In this document: in pieces, positions 19,481 to 30,238 of the stretch
Position numbering within the stretch: the stretch's first letter is position 1
How the letters are laid out: the number at the start of each line of letters is the position of its first letter
Assembly: GCA_934176955.1 (NCBI GenBank)
Contig: CAKPOS010000001.1
Location: 28,310 to 92,309, forward strand
DNA length: 64,000 nt
Source of the DNA: an uncultured Bacilli bacterium
GTDB taxonomy: Bacteria; Bacillota_I; Bacilli_A; RF39; UBA660
Reading direction: 5' to 3'
The notes under the pieces: model-generated
Seen by the model: the letters and a program-made list of their open reading frames with translations, nothing else
Database searches by the model: none
Told to the model about the DNA's origin: nothing
Position numbers and translations under genes: made by a program

Positions 19481-20557
19481 GTGATCATTTTGAGAAAAGT
19501 AGCTTTGTTTTGTATTCTATTTTTTTCTTTTTTAAACTTTAGTAATGCATCAACTTCAAGTGCCCATGAATATGTTCTAATGGATATGAAAAGTGGAAGA
19601 GTACTCAAAGGAAAAAATTATAACTCTCCCGTTTTAATTGCTTCGATAACGAAAATTATGTCATGTTTACTTGCTGTTGAATCGAAAAAATTAGATGAAA
19701 CTGTTATGGTTAGCGATATTATTAAAAAATCGTATGGTTCAGGAATTTATATTGAAGTAGGGGAAGAAATAACATTAAGAGATTTACTATATGGTTTGAT
19801 GCTTCGCTCTGGAAATGATGCTGCTTTGATGGTGGCAGAATATGTAGGAAAAGATGTTGATAATTTTGTTTCAATGATGAATAAAAAAGCGAAATCGATT
19901 GGTATGCTTCATACTACTTTTGTTAATCCTAGTGGATTAGATAATACCGATTCTGGAAATTATTCTACTGCATATGATATGGCTTTATTAACAAGATACG
20001 CTATGCAATATGAAGATTATCGAAAAATTGTAAGTACCAAAAAACATATCGTGAAAACTAATAAAAAGACCTATGTGTGGCATAATAAAAATAAACTTTT
20101 AAATGAAAAATATATAACAGGAGGAAAAACTGGTTATACAAAAAAGGCAAAAAGAACATTAGTTAGTACTGCTTCTTATCAAAATCAAGATATGATTGTT
20201 GTTACTTTAAATGACAGTGATGATTGGAATACACATAAAGGATTGTATCAATATGCTTTTGAGAATTATACTGCATACTTAATTTTAAAAAAGAAAAATT
20301 TTGCCGTCGTAGGAGAGAAATATTACCACAAAAGGGGAGAGTTATACATTAAGAATGATATTTATCTTCCCTTTAAAGAAGATGAATTAAAAAAAATTGT
20401 TGCTAGAATTGTGTTAAAGAAAAAAAGTAGGGTTAAGAATAATGAAAAAGTAGGAAAGTATTCTATTTATTTAGATCAAAAACTTTTATATCAAGAAGAT
20501 ATTTATTTAAGAAAAACGAAGAAAAATACTTCTCTTTTGAAAAGGAGTATGATTTAA
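19481..20557 (+). CDS. dacB: D-alanyl-D-alanine carboxypeptidase (PBP5*/DacB-type, sporulation)
   Basis: SxxK (ASITKIM), SGN (LRSGNDAAL) and KTG (GGKTGYT) motifs. Signal peptide. Followed by spmA and spmB. AGGTGA RBS favours TTG 19490 as the start. Confidence 0.8.
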   Translation: MIILRKVALFCILFFSFLNFSNASTSSAHEYVLMDMKSGRVLKGKNYNSPVLIASITKIMSCLLAVESKKLDETVMVSDIIKKSYGSGIYIEVGEEITLRDLLYGLMLRSGNDAALMVAEYVGKDVDNFVSMMNKKAKSIGMLHTTFVNPSGLDNTDSGNYSTAYDMALLTRYAMQYEDYRKIVSTKKHIVKTNKKTYVWHNKNKLLNEKYITGGKTGYTKKAKRTLVSTASYQNQDMIVVTLNDSDDWNTHKGLYQYAFENYTAYLILKKKNFAVVGEKYYHKRGELYIKNDIYLPFKEDELKKIVARIVLKKKSRVKNNEKVGKYSIYLDQKLLYQEDIYLRKTKKNTSLLKRSMI

Positions 20558-21135
20558 TGATTAACTTTATTTTTACTTTTTTTCTGTTAGGGGGAATTAT
20601 TTATTCTTTTTTTACTGGAAATACTTTAAGCGTTAATGAAAGTCTAATTCAGTCTGGAGAAACGGCGATTTCTATGATTCTTAAAATTATTCCTTTACTT
20701 TGTCTTTGGCTAGGGGTCATGAAAATTGCTTCCTTAAGTGGATTACTTTCTAAATTATCTTTAGTTGTTGCTAAGATTATTGGTCCTTTATTTCCTGAAT
20801 TAAAAAAAGGAGAAGAAGCATTATCTTATATTGCTACAAATATTGTGATGAATATTTTTGGATTAGGAAATGCGGCTACACCATTTGGGTTAAAAGCATT
20901 TGAAAGACTTCAAGAAATTAATCCCAAAAAAGAAGAAGCCTCAAGGAGTATGATTACTTTACTTGTGATGAATACTGCTTCTGTAACATTAATTCCTACT
21001 ACAGTAATTAGTTTTAGAAGAATGTATCATTCGAATCAACCAACAGAAATATTAATTCCTTGCATGATAGCCACTATTTTATCTTGTTTATTCGGTCTTT
21101 TAGTTGATCGAATCTTTGCTAAATATTGGAAATAG
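20557..21135 (+). CDS. spmA: spore maturation protein A
   Basis: Polytopic membrane protein of the nucleoside-recognition/Gate family, in the dacB-spmA-spmB arrangement. Confidence 0.7.
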   Translation: MINFIFTFFLLGGIIYSFFTGNTLSVNESLIQSGETAISMILKIIPLLCLWLGVMKIASLSGLLSKLSLVVAKIIGPLFPELKKGEEALSYIATNIVMNIFGLGNAATPFGLKAFERLQEINPKKEEASRSMITLLVMNTASVTLIPTTVISFRRMYHSNQPTEILIPCMIATILSCLFGLLVDRIFAKYWK

Positions 21136-21149
21136 GAAAGGAGAATATC

Positions 21150-21659
21150 ATGAATTTGATTATTCCAGGAATCGTTTTCTTTATTGTTTTTTATGGCTTT
21201 TGTAAGAAAATAAATATTTATGATGCCTTTATTGATGGGGTAAAAGAAGGATTATCCATGGCTTTAAAGATATTTCCTACTATGTTTGCGATGGTTGTAT
21301 CGATTGATGTTTTGATAAAAAGTAATGCTTTACAAGCTTTCGTTATTTTAATAGAACCTCTTTGCATTAAATTATCTATTCCCAAAGAGATATTACCATT
21401 AGCTTTCGTAAGACCAATTTCTGGAAGTTCTTCTTTAATCTTAATGGGTGATTTATTAAAAACTTATGGTCCAGACTCTTTTATTGGAAGAATTGCTTCT
21501 TTAATTCAAGGAAGTACAGATACAACCCTCTATATTATTGGACTATATTTTTCTTCTATTGGTATCAAAAAAATTAAATATTCTTTACTCGTTGGTCTTC
21601 TTGCTGATTTATTTGCTATTATTTTATCTATTTTAGTCATTTCTTTCTTTTTTTCCTGA
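21150..21659 (+). CDS. spmB: spore maturation protein B
   Basis: Paralogous membrane protein after spmA. AAAGGAGAA RBS then ATG 21150. Confidence 0.7.
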   Translation: MNLIIPGIVFFIVFYGFCKKINIYDAFIDGVKEGLSMALKIFPTMFAMVVSIDVLIKSNALQAFVILIEPLCIKLSIPKEILPLAFVRPISGSSSLILMGDLLKTYGPDSFIGRIASLIQGSTDTTLYIIGLYFSSIGIKKIKYSLLVGLLADLFAIILSILVISFFFS

Positions 21660-22075
21660 ACAATACTGATGATTAATTTTTCTTATCTTTATTGCTTGAA
21701 AATGGAGAAAAGAAAAAAAGCCTTAATTTAGACTTTTTTTGCATGAATTATTTTCATTCATATTGGAAGAATTCTCATTACAAGAATTAGCACCACTCAT
21801 ATTTTTCTGGCTATTATTCTTGTTGTTTGAGTTTTTAGAACTTTTGTTTTTTCCCATTTTTCATCACCCATTATTATTATGGAGAAGGAAAGAATAAATA
21901 TGTATTTTTTTCTTTGGTGTTATTTTCCAGTTTTAAGTATTTTAAAACAGTATGTTTTTCTTTCTTATGGATACAATAAAAATAAAAAAATTCTCTGATA
22001 AACAAGGAATAACGAAAAAAATTTAATTTTTTTCTTCAATTAGCATAAAAAGTTAAATTAAATTGAAAAAAATAC

Positions 22076-22104
22076 TTGAATAATAAAAAAAAGTGTTGTA
22101 TAAT
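22076..22104 (+). promoter_or_regulatory. promoter for tRNA-Arg
   Basis: TTGAAT-17 nt-TATAAT, about 29 nt upstream of the tRNA. Confidence 0.5.
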
Positions 22105-22132
22105 TAGTTTGCATTTGTTGAGAAGAAGTACT

Positions 22133-22209
22133 GTCTCCGTAGCTCAGTTGGATAGAGCAATCGCCTTCTAAGCGATCGGTCAGGTGTTCGAATCACCTCG
22201 GGGACACCA
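22133..22209 (+). tRNA. tRNA-Arg (anticodon TCT), CCA encoded
   Basis: Cloverleaf: acceptor GTCTCCG/CGGGGAC, D-arm GCTC-AGTTGGATA-GAGC, anticodon stem ATCGC/GCGAT with loop CTTCTAA, T-arm AGGTG-TTCGAAT-CACCT, then ACCA. Confidence 0.85.
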
Positions 22210-22219
22210 TGTTGAATTT

Positions 22220-22246
22220 AACCCTTATTAAATAAGGGTTTTTTTA
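22220..22246 (+). terminator. intrinsic terminator after tRNA-Arg
   Basis: AACCCTTATTAAATAAGGGTT hairpin followed by T7. Confidence 0.6.
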
Positions 22247-22651
22247 TGCTTAAATCATTTTTAACATCAATTTGATAAAATAACTGTTTTTTTTGCTTGA
22301 ATTTGGGGTTTAGAAATTGATTTTTCCTATGAATTGTGGTATATTTATGTCGAGAAAAGAAGGGAGAGTTATGGTTGAAAAAGTAATTACAGATAGAAAT
22401 TTAATTTATAAGATTACGAGGAGAAAAGATAAAAAATTAATTATTCACTATAATTTAAAAAATAAACGAGCTTGGTTCCAAACGGATAGTATGTTTAAAA
22501 GAAAAGCTATTGATATTAATCGAGTAATTTCCTTATAGAGGAAGAAATATCAATTCTATCATAATTCTAAGGAAAAGAGGTTAGTTTTTCTTCAGTATTT
22601 TTTAAAAGTAAATTTTCTGTTAATAATTCATAAGAAAAGGAATAAAAACGA

Positions 22652-22680
22652 TTGACAAGCAGTGATAAAAGTGCTAGAAT
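22652..22680 (+). promoter_or_regulatory. promoter of the surface-protein gene
   Basis: TTGACA-17 nt-TAGAAT. The ORF-track 'start' at 22652 is actually the -35 box. Confidence 0.55.
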
Positions 22681-22708
22681 ATACGGTCAAAAGAAGGGGG
22701 AATATGAA

Positions 22709-24559
22709 ATGAAAAATATTCTAAAAAATAAAATTTTAAAATTTTTCTTGGTATTTGTAGCTTGCTTTTCTATTCATTCTGTTTATGCAGAAAGTGTTGC
22801 TTCTAGTCTTAGAATGACTTATCGAAGTGCTAGTACACCAATAGCATTTCCTGCAACATTCCATGTTAAGAAAACTACTGGTGGAAAATATGCTTATTGT
22901 GCTCATTATGCTAAACACCCACCAGAAAAAAGTATTGCTTATACAAAAGGAAGTTTAATTAAAGATAATGGAATGAACTATATTTTAAATGAAGCGTACG
23001 ATGCAAATAGTGATAATTCATTCTTTGTCTATCAAACAGCTTTATGGATTTATATGATTGATAAAGGAATTATGCCTGGTCCATATTATGATATTACTGT
23101 TTTTAAAACAAATATTAATCATAATAATTCTGCTACTGCTACTAAGATAAAAAAATTAGTTGCTAACGCAAAAAAAGCCTCTGCTAATGATACATCTAAT
23201 CCTAGTATTTCAATGGATGCTACTGGTGTTAAATTTACTCTTAGCAGTGATGGAACAACTTATGTTTCTTCACCAATTACAGTAAAAAGTTCTACTGGTA
23301 GCTATAAAGTTACTTTAACTTCTGCTCCAAGTGGTTCTACTTATTCTAAAGACGGAAATAAGATTTATATCAAAGTTCCTAAAAGTTCTGTAACTTCTAC
23401 TAATACACCTGTTTACTTTAAAGTAAGTACTTCTAAAAATACTTATCGTTCTTATTACTATACTCCTAGCAATAATAGTTATCAAAAAATGATTATTACT
23501 TATAAAACTCCAGCAAAAGCTGAATCTTCTGCTAACTTATCTATTCGTAGCAATGCTTCTATCGAGGTTCTTAAGACTGATGCTGATGGTAAAGCTTTAA
23601 GTGGTGCAACTTTACAAGTAAAAAATTCTAGAGGTACAGTTATTGATACTTGGACTACTGATGGTCAAAAACATAAAATTTCTAATTTATCTAGTGGTAC
23701 TTATATTTTAAGTGAAACTGCTGCTCCTAAGGGATATAAATTAAGCACAGAAACAGTTAAATTCACAGTAGATGCTACTGGTAAAGTAAAAGATTCTTCT
23801 GGTAATGTCATTTCTCTTATTACTTTTAAGAATGAGAAAATGTCTGTAAAAATTAGTAAACAAGATGTTGCTAATAGTAGTGAAGTCCCTGGCGCTAAAT
23901 TAGTTATTAAAAATAGTGAAGGAAAAGAAATTATTCAATGGACTTCTTCAAATAAACCATATATTATTAGAGGACTTGCCGCTGGTACTTACACTTTAAC
24001 GGAAACAATGGCTCCAGATGGATACACAAAAAGTGAAGAATCTATTACTTTTAAAATTGGTACTGATGGAAAAGTTTATAATGCTGATGGAAAAGTAATT
24101 GATCAAGTGATTATGTACAATAAGAAAACTTCAACTCCTGGTGGAGTATCTATTAGCAAACAAGATGCTACTACAGGAAAAGAATTACCTGGTGCAACAT
24201 TAGTTGTTAAAGATTATGATGGAAAACAAATTGATACTTGGGTATCTACTGATACTCCTCACTTAATTGAAAACTTAAAAGCAGGTATTTATACTTTAAC
24301 AGAAACAATTGCTCCTAATGGATATATTTTATCTACAGAAACAGTAACCTTTACGGTTAAAGATGATGGTAGCGTTACTAAGGTAGTAATGTATAATTCT
24401 CCAAGCACTAAAGATCTTCCTTCAGGAAATGGAGGAGAAGAAGTTCCTGTAGAAAATACTGGTTCTTATAAAACAATTACCTCAACCGTTATTGGTTCAT
24501 TAATTATTCTAGCAGGAGGAATTACCTTATTTAAAACTTCAAAAAGAAAAGATAAATAA
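22709..24559 (+). CDS. cell-surface protein with signal peptide, three or more Cna-B/SpaA-type (prealbumin-like) repeats and a C-terminal sorting signal
   Basis: AAGGGGGA RBS then ATG 22709. Signal peptide ending SVYA. Repeated ...DADGKxLxGAxLxVKN..G..IDTWTS....H.I.NL..GTYxLTETxAP.GY.... C-terminus is LPSGN...VENTG followed by a hydrophobic helix and a KRKDK tail. Confidence 0.7.
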   Translation: MKNILKNKILKFFLVFVACFSIHSVYAESVASSLRMTYRSASTPIAFPATFHVKKTTGGKYAYCAHYAKHPPEKSIAYTKGSLIKDNGMNYILNEAYDANSDNSFFVYQTALWIYMIDKGIMPGPYYDITVFKTNINHNNSATATKIKKLVANAKKASANDTSNPSISMDATGVKFTLSSDGTTYVSSPITVKSSTGSYKVTLTSAPSGSTYSKDGNKIYIKVPKSSVTSTNTPVYFKVSTSKNTYRSYYYTPSNNSYQKMIITYKTPAKAESSANLSIRSNASIEVLKTDADGKALSGATLQVKNSRGTVIDTWTTDGQKHKISNLSSGTYILSETAAPKGYKLSTETVKFTVDATGKVKDSSGNVISLITFKNEKMSVKISKQDVANSSEVPGAKLVIKNSEGKEIIQWTSSNKPYIIRGLAAGTYTLTETMAPDGYTKSEESITFKIGTDGKVYNADGKVIDQVIMYNKKTSTPGGVSISKQDATTGKELPGATLVVKDYDGKQIDTWVSTDTPHLIENLKAGIYTLTETIAPNGYILSTETVTFTVKDDGSVTKVVMYNSPSTKDLPSGNGGEEVPVENTGSYKTITSTVIGSLIILAGGITLFKTSKRKDK

Positions 24560-24665
24560 AGATAAGAGTTGAAAAGACTTTTATCTTTTTCTTTTTTTTG
24601 TGTTAATTTTCTTTTCAAAGAAAATCATTTATGATACAATGATATAGATAGTAAAGGAGGATGTG

Positions 24666-25259
24666 ATGAGAATAGGTGTTGATATTGATGGAGTACTAAA
24701 TGATATTGGACAATGGCACTATTCCTGTGGTTTTAAATTTTGCATTGATAATCACATTCGAAGAGGATTTCATCCTCATGAATATATGATAGAGCATCAG
24801 TTTGAATTAACAGATGAAGAAAATTATAAATTTTGGAGAGAGTATATTTTTGATTTGATGGTTTCCATTCCTACTAGACCATATGCTGGGAATATTTTGA
24901 AACTTTTAAAAGAAATGGGACATGAAATTGTAATTTTAACTGCAAGAGATAATCGCTATTTAACCAATCAGTATGCCAATACAATGAATTTTTATGTTGA
25001 AGAATGGCTACATAAAAATAATATTCCTTATGATGAAATTATTGCAGGTCCTGGGAAAAAGAAAGATAAGTGTATAAAGCACAAACTAGATATTATGATT
25101 GAAGATAAGGCAAGCAATGTTTTAGAAATTAGTGATATTATTCCTGTATTATGTTTTGATGCGCCTTATAATTTAAAAATAGAAAAAAATCATGTTCATC
25201 GTGTATATAGTTGGTATCAAATTTATCAGTATTTTCTTGAAAATGGTAAAGAGGAGTAA
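24666..25259 (+). CDS. HAD-type 5'(3')-deoxyribonucleotidase-like protein
   Basis: MRIGVDIDGVLND start and overall NT5C-family pattern. Paralogous to the N-terminal domain of the 16962 fusion. Confidence 0.55.
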   Translation: MRIGVDIDGVLNDIGQWHYSCGFKFCIDNHIRRGFHPHEYMIEHQFELTDEENYKFWREYIFDLMVSIPTRPYAGNILKLLKEMGHEIVILTARDNRYLTNQYANTMNFYVEEWLHKNNIPYDEIIAGPGKKKDKCIKHKLDIMIEDKASNVLEISDIIPVLCFDAPYNLKIEKNHVHRVYSWYQIYQYFLENGKEE

Positions 25260-25690
25260 TGATGAGATACTTAGGACTAGATTTAGGAAGCAAAACATTA
25301 GGAATTGCGATTAGTGATCCTAGTAATACCATTGCTTCTGTACTAAAAACACTTCGTTTTTCTGATGAAGATTACCAATCTTTAATCGAACCATTAAAAG
25401 AAATTGTAAATGAAAATAAAATACAACAAATAGTTTTAGGATATCCCTTAAATATGAATGGTACTGTTGGTATGCGTGCAGAAATATGCCTAAACTTTAA
25501 AAAAATGCTAGAAGAACAATTAGATGTTTCTGTTGTTATGGAAGATGAACGATTAACTTCTGTTATTTCTAATCAAATATTAATTCAAGCAGATTTATCC
25601 AGAAAAAAAAGAAAAAAGAAAGTAGATGGATTAGCTGCTCAAATCATTTTACAAAGTTATTTAGATAGGAAAGGTGGAATAAAAAAATGA
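25259..25690 (+). CDS. ruvX: Holliday junction resolvase-like RNase RuvX (YqgF)
   Basis: MRYLGLDLGSKTLGIAISD is the canonical YqgF N-terminus. 143 aa. Confidence 0.85.
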   Translation: MMRYLGLDLGSKTLGIAISDPSNTIASVLKTLRFSDEDYQSLIEPLKEIVNENKIQQIVLGYPLNMNGTVGMRAEICLNFKKMLEEQLDVSVVMEDERLTSVISNQILIQADLSRKKRKKKVDGLAAQIILQSYLDRKGGIKK

Positions 25691-25959
25691 AAGATAAAAA
25701 TGTTTTTCAAGTTTTAGATGAAAATGGAAAGGAAGTTACCTGCGAAGTATTGTTTGTTTTTGATTCAGAAGAAACAAAGAAAAGTTATATTGTATATACC
25801 GATAATACAACGGATGATGCTGGAAATATTCGCGTATATGCCTCTATTTTCGATCCTAACGCTGAAAATATGGAACTTATGCCAATTGAATCCGATAGAG
25901 AATGGAAAATTGTAGAAACAATTTTAGAATCAATTCAAGAAGAAAATATGAATCAATAG
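25687..25959 (+). CDS. DUF1292 (YrzB-like) protein
   Basis: 90 aa, acidic. Conserved position downstream of ruvX in Firmicutes. Confidence 0.6.
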   Translation: MKDKNVFQVLDENGKEVTCEVLFVFDSEETKKSYIVYTDNTTDDAGNIRVYASIFDPNAENMELMPIESDREWKIVETILESIQEENMNQ

Positions 25960-25977
25960 ATAGTTGATGAATTTTTA

Positions 25978-27048
25978 ATGAAATTTTTTCATAATATTTA
26001 TCTAGCAATTCTTTTTTTCTTGTTCAGTTTATTTCTTTTTTCTTTTTCTATTTTTCATTATAATTTAGGTGCTGTTTCTAATCAACAAGAAAAGAAGAGG
26101 GTAGTTATTGAACAAGGAGGAATTGAAAAAATTGCAAATACTTTATATCAAGAAGGATTGATTCGCGATAAACTTTCTTTTATGATTTATATCAAGTTAT
26201 CAGGAAATAATAATTTAAAGGCGGCAACTTATTCTTTATCCCCAGATATGGGAGTTGAAAAAATCGTTCAACTTTTATCAGAAGGAAAAGGGGAAGATAC
26301 TAGTCAAAAAAAAGTTACCTTTAAAGAAGGATTAAATATTCGACAAATTGCTGAGGTTATTGCAGAAAATACTACTCATTCTACAGAAGAAGTTTATCAA
26401 ACATTAGAAGATGAAACTTATTTAAAGAGTTTAATTGATCGGTATTGGTTTTTAACTGATGATATTTTAAATCCAAATATTTATTACTCTTTAGAAGGGT
26501 ATTTATATCCAGATACTTATAACTTTTCATCAGAAAATGTCGAAGTAACGAAAATATTTGAAGTAATGCTATCAGAAACAGAGAAAAAGTTAGAAAAAAT
26601 AAAAGATAAAATTCAAGCTAGTGATTTATCTATTCATGAAATCTTTACATTAGCTTCTATCATAGAACTTGAAGGAAATACTTTAGAAGATAAAGAAGGT
26701 ATTGTTGGCGTATTTCGTAATCGCTTGAATAGTCAAATGAATTTAGGTAGTGATGTTACTACTTACTATGGATTAAAACTTAATATAGGTGAAAGAGATT
26801 TATATTCTAGTGAAGTAAGTGCTTGTAATTCCTATAATACGCGGTGTAGTACTTTTAAAACATTACCTGTTTCTCCTATTTGTAATCCTTCAATGGAGTC
26901 TTTTGAAGCAGTTGTCGAGGCTAAAAGCAATGATTATTTCTATTTTGTTGCTGATAAAAATAAGAAGATTTATTTTAGTAGGACTTTAAAAGAACACACG
27001 GCAATGATTAAAGAATTAAAAGAAAAGAAATTATGGCTAGAATACTAG
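25978..27048 (+). CDS. mltG: endolytic murein transglycosylase MltG (YceG family)
   Basis: N-terminal TM helix, YLYPDTY motif, C-terminal LPVSPICNP. Sits in the ruvX-DUF1292-mltG synteny. Confidence 0.8.
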   Translation: MKFFHNIYLAILFFLFSLFLFSFSIFHYNLGAVSNQQEKKRVVIEQGGIEKIANTLYQEGLIRDKLSFMIYIKLSGNNNLKAATYSLSPDMGVEKIVQLLSEGKGEDTSQKKVTFKEGLNIRQIAEVIAENTTHSTEEVYQTLEDETYLKSLIDRYWFLTDDILNPNIYYSLEGYLYPDTYNFSSENVEVTKIFEVMLSETEKKLEKIKDKIQASDLSIHEIFTLASIIELEGNTLEDKEGIVGVFRNRLNSQMNLGSDVTTYYGLKLNIGERDLYSSEVSACNSYNTRCSTFKTLPVSPICNPSMESFEAVVEAKSNDYFYFVADKNKKIYFSRTLKEHTAMIKELKEKKLWLEY

Positions 27049-27342
27049 CTTTTTTCTTTTGCTTTTTTTTACTAAAATACTTCTTTAGAATTTTTCTATA
27101 ATATTAAAACAATACTGCCTTTAAGAACTTTGTTTTTTGATAAGAATTTTTATTTTTTTCATTAAATTCTTTTCTATAGAAAAAATTTTAATCGTTAAAT
27201 TTCTGCTTCAGTATTAAAAGTATGAAAAATAAATTTATTGTCGTTTTTTGAAAATTTTTTTCTATTTCAAAGTAGTTAATTTTCTTGCTAGTCATTTTTA
27301 GATTTGCTATACTTAATTTGTAAAATAGAAGAGGTGATAATT

Positions 27343-29970
27343 TTGAAATATGTTTATGCTTTTCATGAAGGAAATAAAGACATGCGTGAATTACTAGGTG
27401 GTAAGGGTGCTAATCTTGCTGAAATGACGAAGATTGGTCTACCTGTTCCTCGTGGGTTTACCGTAACTACAGAAGCATGTAATCAGTATTATGCTGATGG
27501 AAAATGTATTAGTGAAGAAATCAAAAATGAAGTTTTTTCTCAACTAAAAGGATTAGAGGAAATTACAAATAAAAAAATAGGTGATTTAGAAAAACCGTTA
27601 TTGGTTTCTGTAAGAAGTGGAGCTAGAGCTTCTATGCCAGGAATGATGGATACAGTTCTTAATTTAGGAATTAATGATGAAGTAGCAGAAAGTATGGCTC
27701 GTCGTACAGGAAATAAGAGATTTGTATACGATTCTTATCGTCGTTTTATTATGATGTTTGCTGATGTTGTTAAAGGATATTCTAAAAATTCATTTGAAAG
27801 AGTTTTGGATGAATATAAAAAAGATAAAGGAGTTCGATATGATACTGATTTAGATGCAGAAGATATGTTTAAAATTACTGAAAAATTTAAATCAATCTAT
27901 CAGGAGCTTTCTTCTGAAGAATTTCCACAAGATCCTAAACTTCAATTAATTGAAGCTATTACTGCTGTTTTTCGTTCTTGGAATAATGAAAGAGCTATTA
28001 TTTATCGTAAAATGAATGATATTCCTTCTTCTTGGGGAACTGCTGTTAATGTTCAAGAAATGGTATATGGAAACATGGGAGATAATTGTGGTACTGGTGT
28101 TGCCTTTACTAGAAATCCTGCTACGGGAGAAAAGAAGTTATTTGGAGAATATTTAATTAATGCTCAAGGAGAAGATGTTGTTGCAGGAGTTCGTACACCA
28201 GAAGATATAGCTACTTTACAAGAAAAAATGCCTCATGTTTATGAAGAATTTGTTCAAACAACGCAAATACTAGAGAATCATTATAAAGATATGCAGGATA
28301 TGGAATTTACTATTGAAAATGGTAAGTTATATATGCTTCAAACGAGAAGTGGAAAGCGTACTGCAGAAGCAGCTATTCGTATTGCAGTAGAAATGGTAGA
28401 AGAAGGAAAAATCACGAAAGAAGAAGCCTTAATGCGAGTTGATGCTAAAAGTCTAGATCAATTATTACACAAAGCATTTGATCAAGAAGCGCTAAAGAAT
28501 GCTACTGTGATTGCTAGTGGTCTTGCTGCATCTCCTGGAGCAGGTGCTGGAGCAATTTATTTTAGTGCAGAAGATGTTTCAAAAGCACACAAAAACGGAA
28601 TTGATGCCATTTTAGTTCGTTTAGAAACTTCTCCAGAAGATATCCAAGGAATGAATGATGCTAGAGGTGTTTTAACGGTTCGAGGAGGAATGACTTCTCA
28701 CGCTGCTGTTGTTGCTCGCGGAATGGGAAGATGCTGTGTATGTGGCTGTGGAGAGTTAATCATTAATGAAACAGAAAAAACGTTAACTACAAAAGAAGGA
28801 AAAGTTTATCATGAAGGAGATTGTATCTCTTTAGATGGTAGTACAGGTAAAGTATATGAAGGAATAATTTCCTCTGTAGAACCTACTATTAGTGGTATTT
28901 TTGAAACCTTTATGAAATGGGCAGATAATACTAGAAAATTAGGGGTTAGAGCAAATGCTGACAATCCAAGAGATGCTATGCAAGCTATAAAGTTTGGCGC
29001 TGAAGGGATTGGATTATGTCGTACAGAACATATGTTCTTTGAAAAAAACAGAATTTTTGCTGTAAGGCAAATGATTGTTTCCCAAACTGTAGGGCAAAGA
29101 CAAAAAGCACTAGATAAAATTCTTCCTATGCAAAGAGATGATTTTGAAAAAATGTTTACAGTATTAGAAGGAAAACCAATGATTATTCGTTATTTGGACC
29201 CACCATTGCACGAATTTCTTCCTCATACGGATGAAGAGATTAAAGATTTAGCGCAAGAACTTGGAATGTCATTTGAAGCATTAAAAGATAGAGTAGTTTC
29301 TTTAAAGGAATTTAATCCCATGATGGGACACCGTGGCTGTCGATTAGCCATTACTTATCCAGAGATTGCCGAAATGCAAACAAGAGCAGTGATTGAAGCA
29401 GCAATTCATGTTGCTGAAAAAGGAATTCCTGTTCAACCAGAAATTATGATTCCTTTAGTAGGAGATATTAAAGAACTTCAATATGTCAAAGATATCGTTA
29501 ATAAAATAGCTAAGCAATTAATTGAAGAACATCATAGCAATGTTACTTATCAAGTTGGTACAATGATTGAAGTGCCAAGAGCAGCAATTCTTGCCGATGA
29601 AATTGCCAAAGAAGCAGAATTCTTCAGCTTTGGTACAAATGACTTAACACAGTTAACTTTCGGATTCTCAAGAGATGATGCTGGAAAATTCCTAAATGAT
29701 TATTATCAAAAACAAATCTTTGAAAATGATCCGTTTGCTAAAATTGATCAACACGGAGTTGGTCAATTGGTAGAAATTGCTGCAAATAAAGGAAGAAGCG
29801 TTAGAAAAGATATCTCCTTAGGAATTTGTGGAGAACATGGTGGAGACCCTAGTTCAATAGAATTTTGTCATCGTATTGGTTTAAATTATGTTTCTTGCTC
29901 ACCATTTAGAGTTCCTATTGCCAGATTAGCAGCAGCTCAAGCAGCAATCAAATCTGGGGATAGAAAGTAA
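27343..29970 (+). CDS. ppdK: pyruvate, phosphate dikinase
   Basis: N-terminal ATP-grasp (GGKGANLAEM), central phospho-His domain (GGMTSHAAVVARG), C-terminal PEP-utilising TIM barrel. GAGGTGA RBS then TTG 27343. Confidence 0.9.
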   Translation: MKYVYAFHEGNKDMRELLGGKGANLAEMTKIGLPVPRGFTVTTEACNQYYADGKCISEEIKNEVFSQLKGLEEITNKKIGDLEKPLLVSVRSGARASMPGMMDTVLNLGINDEVAESMARRTGNKRFVYDSYRRFIMMFADVVKGYSKNSFERVLDEYKKDKGVRYDTDLDAEDMFKITEKFKSIYQELSSEEFPQDPKLQLIEAITAVFRSWNNERAIIYRKMNDIPSSWGTAVNVQEMVYGNMGDNCGTGVAFTRNPATGEKKLFGEYLINAQGEDVVAGVRTPEDIATLQEKMPHVYEEFVQTTQILENHYKDMQDMEFTIENGKLYMLQTRSGKRTAEAAIRIAVEMVEEGKITKEEALMRVDAKSLDQLLHKAFDQEALKNATVIASGLAASPGAGAGAIYFSAEDVSKAHKNGIDAILVRLETSPEDIQGMNDARGVLTVRGGMTSHAAVVARGMGRCCVCGCGELIINETEKTLTTKEGKVYHEGDCISLDGSTGKVYEGIISSVEPTISGIFETFMKWADNTRKLGVRANADNPRDAMQAIKFGAEGIGLCRTEHMFFEKNRIFAVRQMIVSQTVGQRQKALDKILPMQRDDFEKMFTVLEGKPMIIRYLDPPLHEFLPHTDEEIKDLAQELGMSFEALKDRVVSLKEFNPMMGHRGCRLAITYPEIAEMQTRAVIEAAIHVAEKGIPVQPEIMIPLVGDIKELQYVKDIVNKIAKQLIEEHHSNVTYQVGTMIEVPRAAILADEIAKEAEFFSFGTNDLTQLTFGFSRDDAGKFLNDYYQKQIFENDPFAKIDQHGVGQLVEIAANKGRSVRKDISLGICGEHGGDPSSIEFCHRIGLNYVSCSPFRVPIARLAAAQAAIKSGDRK

Positions 29971-30238
29971 TTTTATCAAAAGTGATAATTAAGTTAAAAG
30001 TAAATATTTTAACATTAAAATTATTAATTAATTAAATATTAATAATTATAGTAAAAAGGCTTTTTAAAAGATTGGAATTAATACTATACCAGTATATTTC
30101 AATCTTTTTTAAAACAACCCAATAAAATAAAAATCGTTATAAATCATTCCAATTTATTCTTTCTATAGCTTTAAAAAAATGAATGACTTTTCGAAAAAAA
30201 ATTGATATAATAATAAGTAAAAAAAGCAGGAGAATAGC

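Noticed and set aside
21740-21874. Possible 44-codon Asn/Ser-rich minus-strand ORF (MGKNKSSKNSNNKNN...) downstream of spmB. It is SASP-like only by composition.
   Set aside because: No RBS. An alternative 24-codon frame shares the same ATG region. Too short and low-complexity to support.
22317-22538. 73-aa ORF just downstream of the tRNA-Arg terminator
   Set aside because: No convincing RBS or promoter. Composition is typical of random AT-rich ORFs. Left uncalled.
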